Below, piece after piece: positions 28,495-39,892 of a stretch of DNA of 64,000 bases; position 1 is the first letter of the stretch; every line of letters begins with the position of its first letter. Origin of the DNA: Eledone cirrhosa (taxonomy: Eukaryota); contig OZ024741.1 in the NCBI GenBank assembly GCA_964016885.1, forward strand, positions 22,692,001 to 22,756,000, in the 5' to 3' direction. The translations under genes and the position numbers were made by a program. Below the pieces are notes generated by a model, which made no database searches, was not told the origin of the DNA, and saw only the letters and a list, made by a program, of their open reading frames with translations.

Positions 28495-29314
28495 TCATCA
28501 TCATCATCATCATTTTACGTCCGCTTTTCCCTGCTTGCAAGGGTGGGACGGGTCTTATTCAGCACAGCATCTCTCCACTCGTCACGGTCCTTCGTCATCT
28601 CCACCATGAGCTTCAATGATCTGAGGTCTGCTCTCACCACCTCCGCCCATGTTTTTTGTGGTCTACCTCTAAGACGTCTTCCTTCACTGGCACTTCTTCA
28701 CCCATCGGTCATCCTCCATGCGCATCACATGTCCATACCACCTCAGTCTCCTCTCCCGTACACTATATTCTATCCCTCTTGGACACAGTTTCTCTCTCAA
28801 CACATTTATGCTGGGTCGTTCACGCACATTTACACTGCACATCCAACGGAGCATGCTTGCCTCTTTCTCTCCAGCCGTCGCATATCCTCTGCAGTTGCTG
28901 CCCATGTCTCACTACCATGCAGCATCGCGCTCCTCACATAGGCATCATACAACCGGCCTTTCGTATGCAGGGAGAAACCCTTCTTCGTCCTTATTCTAGA
29001 TACTATGGCCTCGGAACACCCTCCTCCCATGCTAATCTGATCTCCTAGGTACCAGAAGCTATCCACCACTTCTATAGCGCCCTCCTGCATTTGAAAAATG
29101 TGTCTATCAATGCGACTTCTACTGTCTAATTTCCCTGTACTTCTACTGCATACATATTTCTCCCTACCTGTTAGTTTGCCTGCTATCCCGCTACATCTCT
29201 TGTGTACCCAGGATCTGCATTGTGTGCATTTTATAGAATTTATGCCAGTTCCTTTTCTGCATACCGAACATGGCCATTTCTCTGACGGAATCAGAGTTTT
29301 GTCCTCTTTTCTAC
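28495..29314 (-). mobile_element. 5'-truncated RTE family C with deletions
   Basis: Reverse complement of 6840-7720; (CAT)n end; flanked by (TA)n. Confidence 0.9.
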
Positions 29315-29338
29315 ATATATATATATATATATATATAA

Positions 29339-29612
29339 ATCATCATCATCATTTTATGTCCGCTTTACCCTGCTTGCAAGGGTTGGAGGGGTCCTATTCA
29401 GCACAGCATCTCTCCACATGTCACTGTCCTTCGTCATCTCCTCGGTGAGTTTCAGTAATCTGAGGTCAGCTATCACCACCTCCGCCCATGTTTTTCGTGG
29501 TCTACCTCTACCACGTCTTCCTTCAGCTGGCATTTCCTGGCACTTCTTCACCCATCGGTCATCCTCCATGCGCATCACATGTTCACACCATCTCAGCCTT
29601 CTCTCCTGCACA
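29339..29612 (-). mobile_element. RTE family C 3' fragment
   Basis: ERRLRWCEHV..GRPRKTW..LASRVKRT*. Confidence 0.88.
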
Positions 29613-29835
29613 CCACAACTTATATATATTTACCAAAACAAACTCTATCCATAAACATCAATAAGTCCTGACTGACTCAATTGATCATGTTGAAACAAGT
29701 ATGTACGTAAAGCCAGGGTCATAACTTACAATGCTATATACATCATGTTGCTACATAACCATGATGTACATAGGAAAATCAGTACCCTTAATTTTGGGAC
29801 AAATTTTGTATATATATATATGTATATATATATGT

Positions 29836-30800
29836 CATCATCATCATCATCACCGTTTTACGTCCATTCTTCCATGCTAGCATGGGTTAGACGGGTTGTC
29901 CTGTTGTCGGCTGACCATGCCTTGCTCATACAGGAATTGATTTTGGCTTGATTTCTACAGCTGGATGTTCTTCCTAACACCAACCTCATTTACAGTGAGT
30001 GCTGGGTGCTTTTTTTCCGTGGCGCCTACACGTCCACTTTACAGTGTGGGCTGGGTGCTTTTTTGCCGTGCCACCTCCACGACCACTTTGCAGTGGGAGG
30101 GTGTGGGGGCATATTGTCTATATGCTTCAGCTTGTACCCATGAGAGGTCAGGTACTCTGTATTACTGTGTGACGCCAGAGGTCACGGTCGTGTGTCATCG
30201 CCTTTGTGAGGTGTAATTGGGTAAGGTCGGCTTTTATCACCTCATCCCAGGTTTTCTTTGGTCTCCCCACTCCGCGGTTTCCATTGACTTCTAGTGCTCT
30301 GCACCGTTTTATTCAGCTGTCATCCTTCATACGCATCACATGTCCATACCAATGCAACCGCCTCTCCTGCACACAGCATTTGATTCCTCTTATGCTCAGT
30401 CTCTCTCTCAATTCATTTATGCTTTGCCGTTTGCGTATATTACTATTACACATCCATTGGAGCATGCAGGCTTCGTTTCTTTCTAATCTACTTAAGTCTT
30501 CCACAGACAGCGCCCAGGTCTCACTACCATGTAACATTGCTGTTCATATACACGCATCATACAGTCTGCCTTTCATTTTGAGGGAAAAGCCTTTTGCAGC
30601 TAGCAGTGGCAGTAGTTCCCTGGACTTCTTCCATCCCGTTCTTACCCTAGTTATTGTACTTTCTGAACACCCACCTCCGCTACTAATTCAGTCACCTAGG
30701 TAGCAGAAGCTGTCTACTGTTTCTACAGAGCCCTCCCAGAGATTGGTGGTACTTGTTTCCTGTGGCTGTTTGCTGCTTGCTGTCCCAGCACAGCTGCTAC
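29836..30800 (-). mobile_element. 5'-truncated RTE family B
   Basis: Homologous to 57893-58865. Confidence 0.9.
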
Positions 30801-30840
30801 ATATATATATATAATATATGTATATATATATATATATAAT

Positions 30841-30940
30841 ATAGAAAGGCTTCTACAGGACTAGAAATGTTCCATATTTATACTCTGCTTTGTATTGAGT
30901 ACCTTACTTACTGTGGTTACCCCTGATTGAACCCGGGATG
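30841..30940. mobile_element. Rearranged short hammerhead-end element (family P3); relatives 17412-17448 and 39362-39485
   Basis: Shared TAGAAA.GGCTTCTACAGGACTAGAA; second half is the reverse complement of 39362-39425. Confidence 0.5.
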
Positions 30941-30961
30941 AACTTATATACATGTTTATAT

Positions 30962-31225
30962 CATCATTTCATCATTTTATGTCCGCTTTTCCCTGCTTGC
31001 AAGGGTGGGACGGAAACTGATTCAGGCTTGATTTCTACAGCTGGATGCCCTTCCTAACACCAACCTCATTTACAGTGAGTGCTGGGTGCTTTTTTGCCGT
31101 GGCACCTACACGACCACTTTGCAGTGGAATGATAGGGACCCCAATTCCTATCATCTCATTTCTACAGCTGAGTAAACTGGAGCAATGTGAAATAAAGTGT
31201 CTTGCTCAAGGAAACAACACATCAA
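30962..31225 (-). mobile_element. 5'-truncated SINE S2 with RTE-derived tail
   Basis: Reverse complement of 36460-36715. Confidence 0.8.
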
Positions 31226-31295
31226 GACATATATATATACATATATACATATGTGTATATATATATACATATGTGTATATATATATGTATATATA

Positions 31296-31818
31296 TAGAC
31301 GGTAGCCACGGAGTAGGCAGACCCAGAAAAACCTGGGACGACTTGATAAATTCCGACCTCACACACACCTCTCCAAGACAATGTCACTGGACCGAGAGCT
31401 TTGGCGCTACACAGTACTAGAGAAGACCCGCTTTGCCTAAGTACAAAGCGAAACCTACAGTCAGTAGGCACCTCTAACAAAATACACCCCCGTCCCACTA
31501 CCCCCACCCCATCCACACCACCCCCTTAAATGTGATGTTATGTTGGTACCACAACATCCAGTCCAAAACAAATGAGGTCGTGTAGGTGTCACGACAAAAA
31601 AACACACAGTCCACGCTGTAATGTGGCCGTGTAGGTAACACGGTAAAAACCTCCCAGTCCACACTGTAAACGTGGTTGGTGTTAGGAAGGGCATCCAGCC
31701 GTAGAAAACCCGCCAGACAGTCCTATACGAGCAGGACAACCAATCTTGCCTCAAGTGGGAAAACTCCCGTCCAAACCCATGCAAGCGTGGAAGATGGACG
31801 TTAAACGATGATGATGAT
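31296..31818 (+). mobile_element. RTE family A 3' fragment
   Basis: Homologous to 3878-4394, (GAT)n tail. Confidence 0.9.
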
Positions 31819-32027
31819 ATATATACATATACATATATATATATTATACATATGTATATATATATACATATGTATCATCATCATCACCATTTTACGTCCA
31901 TTCTTCCATGCTAGCATGGGTTAGACGGGTTGTCCTGTCATGGGCAGTGTTTGGTCGGCTGACATTGTCTTGTTCATACGGGCCATGTCTAACTTAATAA
32001 CACCACCTGGCTATATATATATATATA

Positions 32028-32263
32028 TAACGCACCAAAGTACTCAATACTTAGTGTAGTAGAGTGGGTAATAGGAACAAGTATGACCCCGACGGCCGAG
32101 CTCAAGCCGTTTCAACGGCTATTTCTGGACTAAGTAAGAATTTTTAGCCTGGTAAATAAAAAATAAATAAATTTAAAAAAAATAATAAATAAAAATTGTT
32201 ACTTAGTTCAGAAATAGCTGTCGAAACAGCTTGAGCTCTGCCATCGGGGTCATACTTGTTCCT
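32028..32263. mobile_element. Fold-back element, family P1
   Basis: Inverted arms ~32071-32137 and ~32199-32265 around an A-rich spacer; tail homologous to 5585-5630. Confidence 0.65.
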
Positions 32264-32308
32264 ATATATATATATATATATACACACACGCACACACATA
32301 CACACACA

Positions 32309-32356
<48 letters not shown>

Positions 32357-32667
32357 CACACAGACACACACACACACACGTATGAATATGTTTTGTTTTA
32401 TTTGTATTCATTTTCCCTTTGTATTTTCTATCCTCATCGTACCGACTTTTTGAAAATGACTGGTCTTTTAATGTATATATATACACACGCACATATACAT
32501 GTGTGTGTGTATATACATATATATATAAGAACAATGAAGTTTCATTTACATGTATTTAGATTTTTATTGTGTATCAACCTGTAATGTGTGTTTCATAATT
32601 CACCGAATCACATATACTGTGTGTGTGTTTGTGTGTGTGTGTGTGTATACATATGTTTGTGTGTGTG

Positions 32668-32712
<45 letters not shown>

Positions 32713-33064
32713 CATTGAAAATAAGACCAAATATTGTAATTATATCATATATTAATTAACACATGTTTCTTCCATCTCACAGAATCTAATTATTAATTAA
32801 TTAATTAATTAAAAAATATATTATTTTTAATGTAATATTGGCTCTATGAGTCTACTTAAACATCTGAAATAAGGAGTTCATACAAGTAGATCTTGTATGT
32901 GGCCTTCTGGGTAGTTTACTGTAATATATCTCATATTGTGAGCTGTAATAACTTCTTCACCTGCCTTTATCTGTTTTCTTTATTGGAAACGACATATATA
33001 TATATATATTTAGAAAAGTCGTTTATACACACACAACACACATATATATATATATATATATATA

Positions 33065-33334
33065 ATTGAAGTAATTCTGTAGGAAAGGAAATGAGAGTGC
33101 TCTGTGTATGCTACAGAGCTTTTTAGTTATGTAATAAACAACATAAGATAATTATTTCATTTACCAAAGGTTTCACGAAGACAGACGAGCTTGGCGCATA
33201 TGTTTGCCTTCAATCGTCAGAATGAAGTGATTTTTTTCATTCTGATGATTGAAGGCAAACATATGTGCCAAGCTCGTCTGTCTTCGTGAAACCTTTGGTA
33301 AATGAAATAATTATCTTATGTTGTTTATTACATA
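33065..33334. ncRNA. Fold-back element with two complete head-to-head type I hammerheads (family P4)
   Basis: Plus: TTTCATT-CTGATGA-T-TGAAGGCA..TGTCTTCG-T-GAAAC-CTTTG-GTA-AATGAAA (33235-33307). Minus: same with CTGACGA (33155-33226). Arms 33128-33226 and 33236-33334. Confidence 0.8.
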
Positions 33335-33460
33335 TATATATATATATATATGTATGTATATAAATGTATTTTTTAAGTTCTAATATTTTAAACAATTTTA
33401 ATTATTTTTTATTATAATTCTCTCTACTTAAATATGACCATTGTTGAAACACTTATAAGG

Positions 33461-33497
<37 letters not shown>

Positions 33498-33548
33498 AAA
33501 CTGATATCTCTCTCGCTCCCTCAGTCTCTCTCTCTATATATATATATA

Positions 33549-35111
33549 TCATCATCATCATCGTTTAACGTTCATATTCCACGCTTGCATGGGTTTGGAC
33601 GGGGGTATTCCCACTTGAGGCAAGAGTGGTTGTCTTGCTCGCATAGGACTGTCTGGCAGGTTTTCTACAGTTGGATGCCCTTCCTAACACCAACCACGTT
33701 TACAGTGTGGGGCTGGGAGGTTTTTACCGTGTTACCTACACGACCACATTACAGCGTGGACTGTGTGTTTTTTTGTCGTGACACCTACACGACCTCATTT
33801 GTTTCGGCCTGGATGTTGTGGTACCAACATAACTTTACATTGAAAGGGGCGGTGTGGATGGGGTGAGGGTAGTGGGACGGGGTGTATTTTGTTAGAGGTG
33901 CCTACTGACTGTAGTAGGTTTTACTTTGTACTTAGGCAAGGCGGGGTCTTCTGTATTACTGTGTAGCACCAAAGATTTCGGTCCAGTGACATTGTCTTGG
34001 AGAGGTGTAAGTGTGTGAGGTCGGAATTTATCAAGTCGTCCCAGGTTTTTCTGGGTCTGCCTACTCTGTGGCTACCGTCTATCTTTATTGCCCTGCACTT
34101 TGTTATACAGCTGTCGTCTTTCATGCGTATCACGTGGCCATACCAACGTAGCCTTCTCTCGAGTAAACAACATCTGATCCCTCATATTTCTAATTTTTCC
34201 CTTAGTTCGTTTATGCTTTGCCATTCACGTATATTACTATTACACAGCCAGCGGAGCATGCAAGCTTCGTTCCTCTCCAGTCTGCGTATATCCTCTGCAC
34301 ACAATGCCCAGGTCTCACTGCCATGCAACATTGCTGTTTGTATGCAGGCATCATACAGCCTGCCTTTCATTTTTAGGGAGAACCCTTTAGCGGCTAATAG
34401 TGGTATAAGCTCTCTGAACTTTTTCCATCCAGTTCTGACTCTAGCTACAGTACTTTCAGAGCACCCTCCCCCACTGCTGATTTTGTCACCCAGGTAACGG
34501 AAGCTGTCCACTATTTCTATAGAACCATCTGTGCAATGGAATGAACTAGTATTCTGTGGGCACTTGCTGCTACTTATTGCACCAGAGCACCGGCCACATA
34601 TAAAATCTATGTTCTTAGTTAGTTTACCTGTGATCCCACTACATCTTTTATGCACCCATACTTTGCATTTGGGACATAAAATGGAGTTTCTACCTACTCC
34701 TTTCCTACACACTGAGCATGGCCATTTCCCAGATGGGACCGGCGCCCTATTTTCCTTCCTACAAACTAGAACTTTAGTCTTAGACAGGTTAATTTTAAGG
34801 CCTTTTGATTCTAGGCCATGCTTCCATGTTTGGAATTTCTTCTCTAGTTCGGCCATTGATTCAGCTATGAGCGTTAGATCATCTGCGTATAGGAGTTCCC
34901 ATGGGCAGCCGGTCTTGAACTCCACTGTTATAGCCTGAAGGGCAATAATAAATAGTAGGGGGCTAAGAACGGAGCCCTGATGAACACCAACTTTTACGCT
35001 AAACTCTTCACTATGAACACCAACTTTTACGCTAAACTCTTCACTATGAACACCAACTTTTACGCTAAACTCTTCACTATGAACACCAACTTTTACGCTA
35101 AACTCTTCACT
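33549..35111 (-). mobile_element. 5'-truncated RTE family A with 4 x 33-bp repeat at its 5' junction
   Basis: Homologous to 2946-4394; (SEEFSVKVGVH)x4 at ~34980-35111; premature stops. Confidence 0.92.
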
Positions 35112-35130
35112 ATATATATATGTGTGTGTG

Positions 35131-35297
35131 AAAAGAGTCAAGACCCCAGCGACTGAGCTCTGGCCGTTTCGAGAGCTAGATCCGATCCGAACTGTCGGGG
35201 ACCTGACTCTTTTCCTATTATCCACTCTACTACCCTAAATATCGAGTACTCTGGTGTGTTATGCTCCACCTGGTTCCTTACCACACTTTCTTTGTTA
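35131..35297 (+). mobile_element. Diverged P1 element
   Basis: AAAAGAGTCA..TGACTCTTTT inverted repeat plus tail like 5585-5664. Confidence 0.55.
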
Positions 35298-36029
35298 CAT
35301 ATATATATATATATATATATGTAAAAGGTAAACAGAAATAACAACACAATCGGTACAGTATATGGAAAGTATATATTAGGTTAACGCTTGATATAGCAGG
35401 AAGAGGGTCTTAACGTTTTGGACACTATATATGTGTGTGTGTGGGACTGGACTATTGGAAATCTAACATATTGTTCACAAATTGTAATGGTAAATATATA
35501 CTATGTATACCCAAATATAAGCTGAGTAATATGTAACTAAATAGTCGATGGCTAAATGAGGGGGGGGGGGGGGCTTATATATTGCAACTAAACAATGTGT
35601 TGATTAGCAACCTCGGCTTATAAATGGGGTTTGGATTTTTGCCCATAAATGCCAAATAGGACCAGCTGTGATTTTGTACAATTACCTTTCTTCATGTTGT
35701 TGACTTTGACATAAGGCATAAGTAGAGTGGAATATCTTGACTAAGAACTGAATCTCTTTTACATATTCACTTTGCTAGGAGTTTTCTAAGAGTTTCTTTG
35801 TTTATACTCAACTTTTGAATTTTATAAAGAAATAGGGAAAAAAATTAATGATATTTATTAATAAAACTTGAGTTCCTGTGAAATTTTAAAATTATAAGTG
35901 CACAAAAATGAGAAATTGCAATGTTCGTGATTTTTCCAAGACATTTGTTCAATTTCTAGAGAAGTTTTATTTAAAAAGTTGAAGCCAAATGAAAAAGTCA
36001 GTTCATAGAATTAATTTCTTACATACATC

Positions 36030-36270
36030 TTCTTCTTTACCCACTTATTCCTGAGAGGTCTCCTGCCAGTTGGTTTTGTTCATAAAATCTGTTCAGTGAT
36101 TCTTTCCTGAGACATTCTAACCACATGCCCAGAGTATCAGAGATGTGATCTCTCAATTCAGAGAAGTAGCTGCTCTACCTGGGTTCCTCCAAAGGGTCTT
36201 TGGAGTAATGTTACTCGATAGAGTGCATAACTCAGAGATCAGAGAGTCACTCTTACATAGGTAAACGGCC
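36030..36270 (-). mobile_element. Old RTE family D fragment
   Basis: Reverse-complement homology to 54640-54760. Confidence 0.65.
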
Positions 36271-36419
36271 AAAAAATTTGGAATGGGCTTAAATCAGTGA
36301 TAGTATTGACTTATATATATTTTGTTTTATCAACTTCAAAGGATTACACGCAGAATTGAACTTCAGCAGAATTTGAACTCAGATTATTAGTCATTTCACA
36401 ATTATTTCTTTTTACATTG

Positions 36420-36726
36420 GCCTTGCAATCGAAAGGTTGTGAGTTCATTTCTCAGACCGGGTGATGTGTTGTTTCCTTGAGCAAGACACTTTATTTCCCA
36501 TTGCTCCAGTTTACTGTAGAAATGAGATGATAGGGACTGAGGTTCATATCATTCCACTGCAAAGTGGTTGTGGAGGTGCCACGGCAAAAAAGCACCCAGC
36601 ACTCACTGTAAATGAGGTTGGTGTTAGGAAGGGCATCCAGCTGTAGAAATCAAGCCAGAATCAGTTCCCGTCCCACCCTTGCAAGCAGGGAAAAGCGGAC
36701 GTAAAATGATGATGATGATAATGATG
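36420..36726 (+). mobile_element. SINE S2 with composite RTE tail
   Basis: GAGTTCATTTC B-box, S2 core, RTE-B UTR segment, RTE-C terminus, (GAT)n. Confidence 0.8.
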
Positions 36727-37160
36727 AATTTCAATGGAATGGCTCTAGCGTTAATGGACTCAATCCTACTATATTTGTGTGATAGATGTGTGGTGTCGGC
36801 AGAATCAATCCCAGAACATGACATGTACATATTTTATTGGTTCTCAGTAAACACAATTCAAAGGTATCCCCATCAGAATTTGAACTGAAAACATAGAAGG
36901 AAGAAACTGAAAATTGTTTGTTCATCACTCAATAATTTCAACCCATCCCCTATCAGCCTATAATAATAATAATTTTTTATAACTTATTTACCTATCAACT
37001 TGTGTGATGTGTCTTAAGAGAATCTGAGGACAGAACAAACAAAAAAGCTATCAAAGACTGTCAAAACCAACAATGCCTGCCTTAAATATCTGTTTGATAC
37101 TTGGTAGTCATTGCACATAAAGTGAAATCAAAGGAAAATATAATAATAATAATAATAATA

Positions 37161-37300
37161 AGAGATAGAAATGACCCGAATGTGGATGTTGAAGACCGAA
37201 ACAATACCTATAATTATAGGTGCTCTGGGAATGATAAAAAAGCATGCAGACAGATACAATAGAAGAAACACCACCAGAAACCACACTGCACTGCACATAA
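37161..37300 (+). mobile_element. R4/Dong-like LINE fragment in (TAA)n
   Basis: EIEMTRMWMLKTETIPIIIGALGMIKK resembles the RLE C-terminus; flanked by TAA repeats. Confidence 0.6.
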
Positions 37301-37997
37301 TAATGATGCTCAATAAAAATAATAATATTGAGTCTTGTCTCTCTTGACAAATAGAATGGTAGTTGGGAATAATTTCAGGATGTAGCACAATACAAAATAA
37401 GATAAGATATTCACTGCCTCCACCTCTCTCACTCTCCCCATCTCTCACTATATTAATATTAATGATATAAGAAAAAGTAATTATCTTCTTTGTTTATTTT
37501 AAGGATTTCTGTAATTATCTTAATCTCCTAATTAGCTTGTAGTTTTCTTAGCCCATAATGACACTAAATTAGACATTAGATATTCTCTCAAAATAATGAA
37601 GGGGCCTAACATTCTATCCCAAGAGTTTGGTAGGTTAGGAGAGATTGAAAAATCAATGTAAATAGAGATATGACAGTCTTGGAGAAAATATTAAAATTTT
37701 TCAAATCAACAAGAACAGCCAGTTAAGGTAAGTTCTGGTTCTGGTCATTACCATTTTGGTTTTAGATTATACTGTTTCTTTACTCTATACCTTGCTTGGT
37801 TGATGTTTGCATGACATTCCATCTTATAATATATTGGTTCCACTTTTGGTCTACATTAATTTGGTTTTGCTTTTTCTAATTTTTATTTTAACATCTAATT
37901 TCCTGACAGCATGAATTGAGGTTTATATATATATATATTCTTCACCATTTAACGTCTATCTTTCCATGCTTGCATGGGTTATATATAATACTATATG

Positions 37998-38034
<37 letters not shown>

Positions 38035-38067
38035 CATCATCATAATATATATATAATATAATATATG

Positions 38068-38102
<35 letters not shown>

Positions 38103-39892
38103 GTGAAATTCATATTTTGGAGAAAGAAGAAAATAATATTCTTGTACTCATGTATAATCTTCATACATATTTTAAGAAACAAACTATTCTGCATGCTTAC
38201 ACAAATATTGTTAGTTTAATTATTTGTTAAGTTTTATCCAAGCTAATTGTGTTGTAATAAAATACTTTTAATATTCTAAACAAGTCTGGAAGGCTACAGG
38301 TAAAGTGAGCTGCAATGTGGAATACATCCATACGACTTTGAGTTTGTCTTTAACCCGTTAGTTACCAACTTGGTCAAATTAAAATCTTCTAACATAATTT
38401 CATATAAGAATCTTACATTAAGTTACTATCTTACCATCCCAGCCAAAACCAGCTCTAGTTGTATGAAATAAAACCACCAATTTTAAAGGTTTCCAATTTA
38501 AATTAAAATCTTCCAACATAATTTTATGTAAGAACTTTCCATTAAGTTACTATCTTAGTAATTAAGTAAGTTACTATGTTAGTAATAAAATAATACTTTT
38601 AGTAAATCCTTCAAAATTTTTCATTAATAAAATAATACTTTTAGTGAATCCCTAAAAATTCTTCATTAATTAGAAATGCAGTCATGAAAGGGTTAAACAA
38701 AGAATTTGATTTTATAACTGGTTTAATTATATCATTTTACTAGATTCAGGCCAGATTTTATGTGGAGAAGGAACTGAGACTTAAATAAAACAATCATTGA
38801 ATAAACTCCTTATATACTACTATAGAAACAATCATTGAATAAACTCTTTATATACTACTACACAATCACATCACAGGCCTAATATGGTTCAGAAGATTGC
38901 TTGACAAGGTTTCAGCTTTGATTCCACTTTATGGCACCTTAGGGAAATGTCAGCTATTTTAGCTTCAAGTCAAACTTAGATTTGTCAGCCTGCTCATGAA
39001 ATTAATGTGCAAGTAGCTGAGCATTCCACAATGTAGTGTACCTTTAATGTAGTTCTCAGGGAGATTCAGCATGACACAGAATGTGACATGGCTGGCTCTT
39101 CAAATTGCAGGTACAACTCATTTTTGTCAGCTAAGTAGACTAGAGCAACATGAAATAAAATGTCTTGCTCAAAGACACAACACACTACCGGGAATTGAAC
39201 TCGTAACTTTACAGTTGTGAGCTGAATACCTTAATCACAAAGCCACATGCCTCAAAATAATTTATTATAAATAGAAGTCAAATCCAACAGGTGCATGTGT
39301 TTTCATTGGCAGCATGACCCTCCCAAAGTATAACTATATATAACTATATATTTATATGTGTATCCAAGGTTCAATCGGGGGTAACGACAGTAAGGTATTC
39401 AATAAATAGTAGAGTATATACAATATTTAATATAGAAATGGCTTCTACAGGACTAGAAATGTTTCATTTCCTTCAAATGAAACATATATATATATATATA
39501 TATAACTTTTCCCAAATTATAGTTAGTTTTGTAGCCATCTGTTGAATATTGAGTGAATATATTGAAGGAACGCAGTCACAGGATGAGACAAGTTTGTCAA
39601 TGTTTCTGAGTTCCTATTTGTTCAGATGGTTTCTGTCAAGACACTTCAATATATTTAGTATTTGGAATAAATTAGTTCCCTCTCTAGGTGAAAATAGGCT
39701 TCTCATCCAATTAAGAAAACAGAAATCTAAGTTTATCAGGGGCTTTTAAATACACCTACAGATTTCTGGAAGAATTATATTTTACTTAATATCAATCTGG
39801 AGACATTAACATTAAACAATATTTGCTCCTTTCCTTTTTTCTCTTATGCAAACAATTCATTTATCCTAAACGCAAATTTTCTAATTTGCATG

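Noticed and set aside
29665-29712. CTGACTGA..GAAAC..GTA
   Set aside because: Extra core base and no stem I pairing
32745-32795. Minus-strand CTGTGA..GAAACATGTGTT
   Set aside because: Core lacks a base, no stem II, AT-rich context makes a chance match likely
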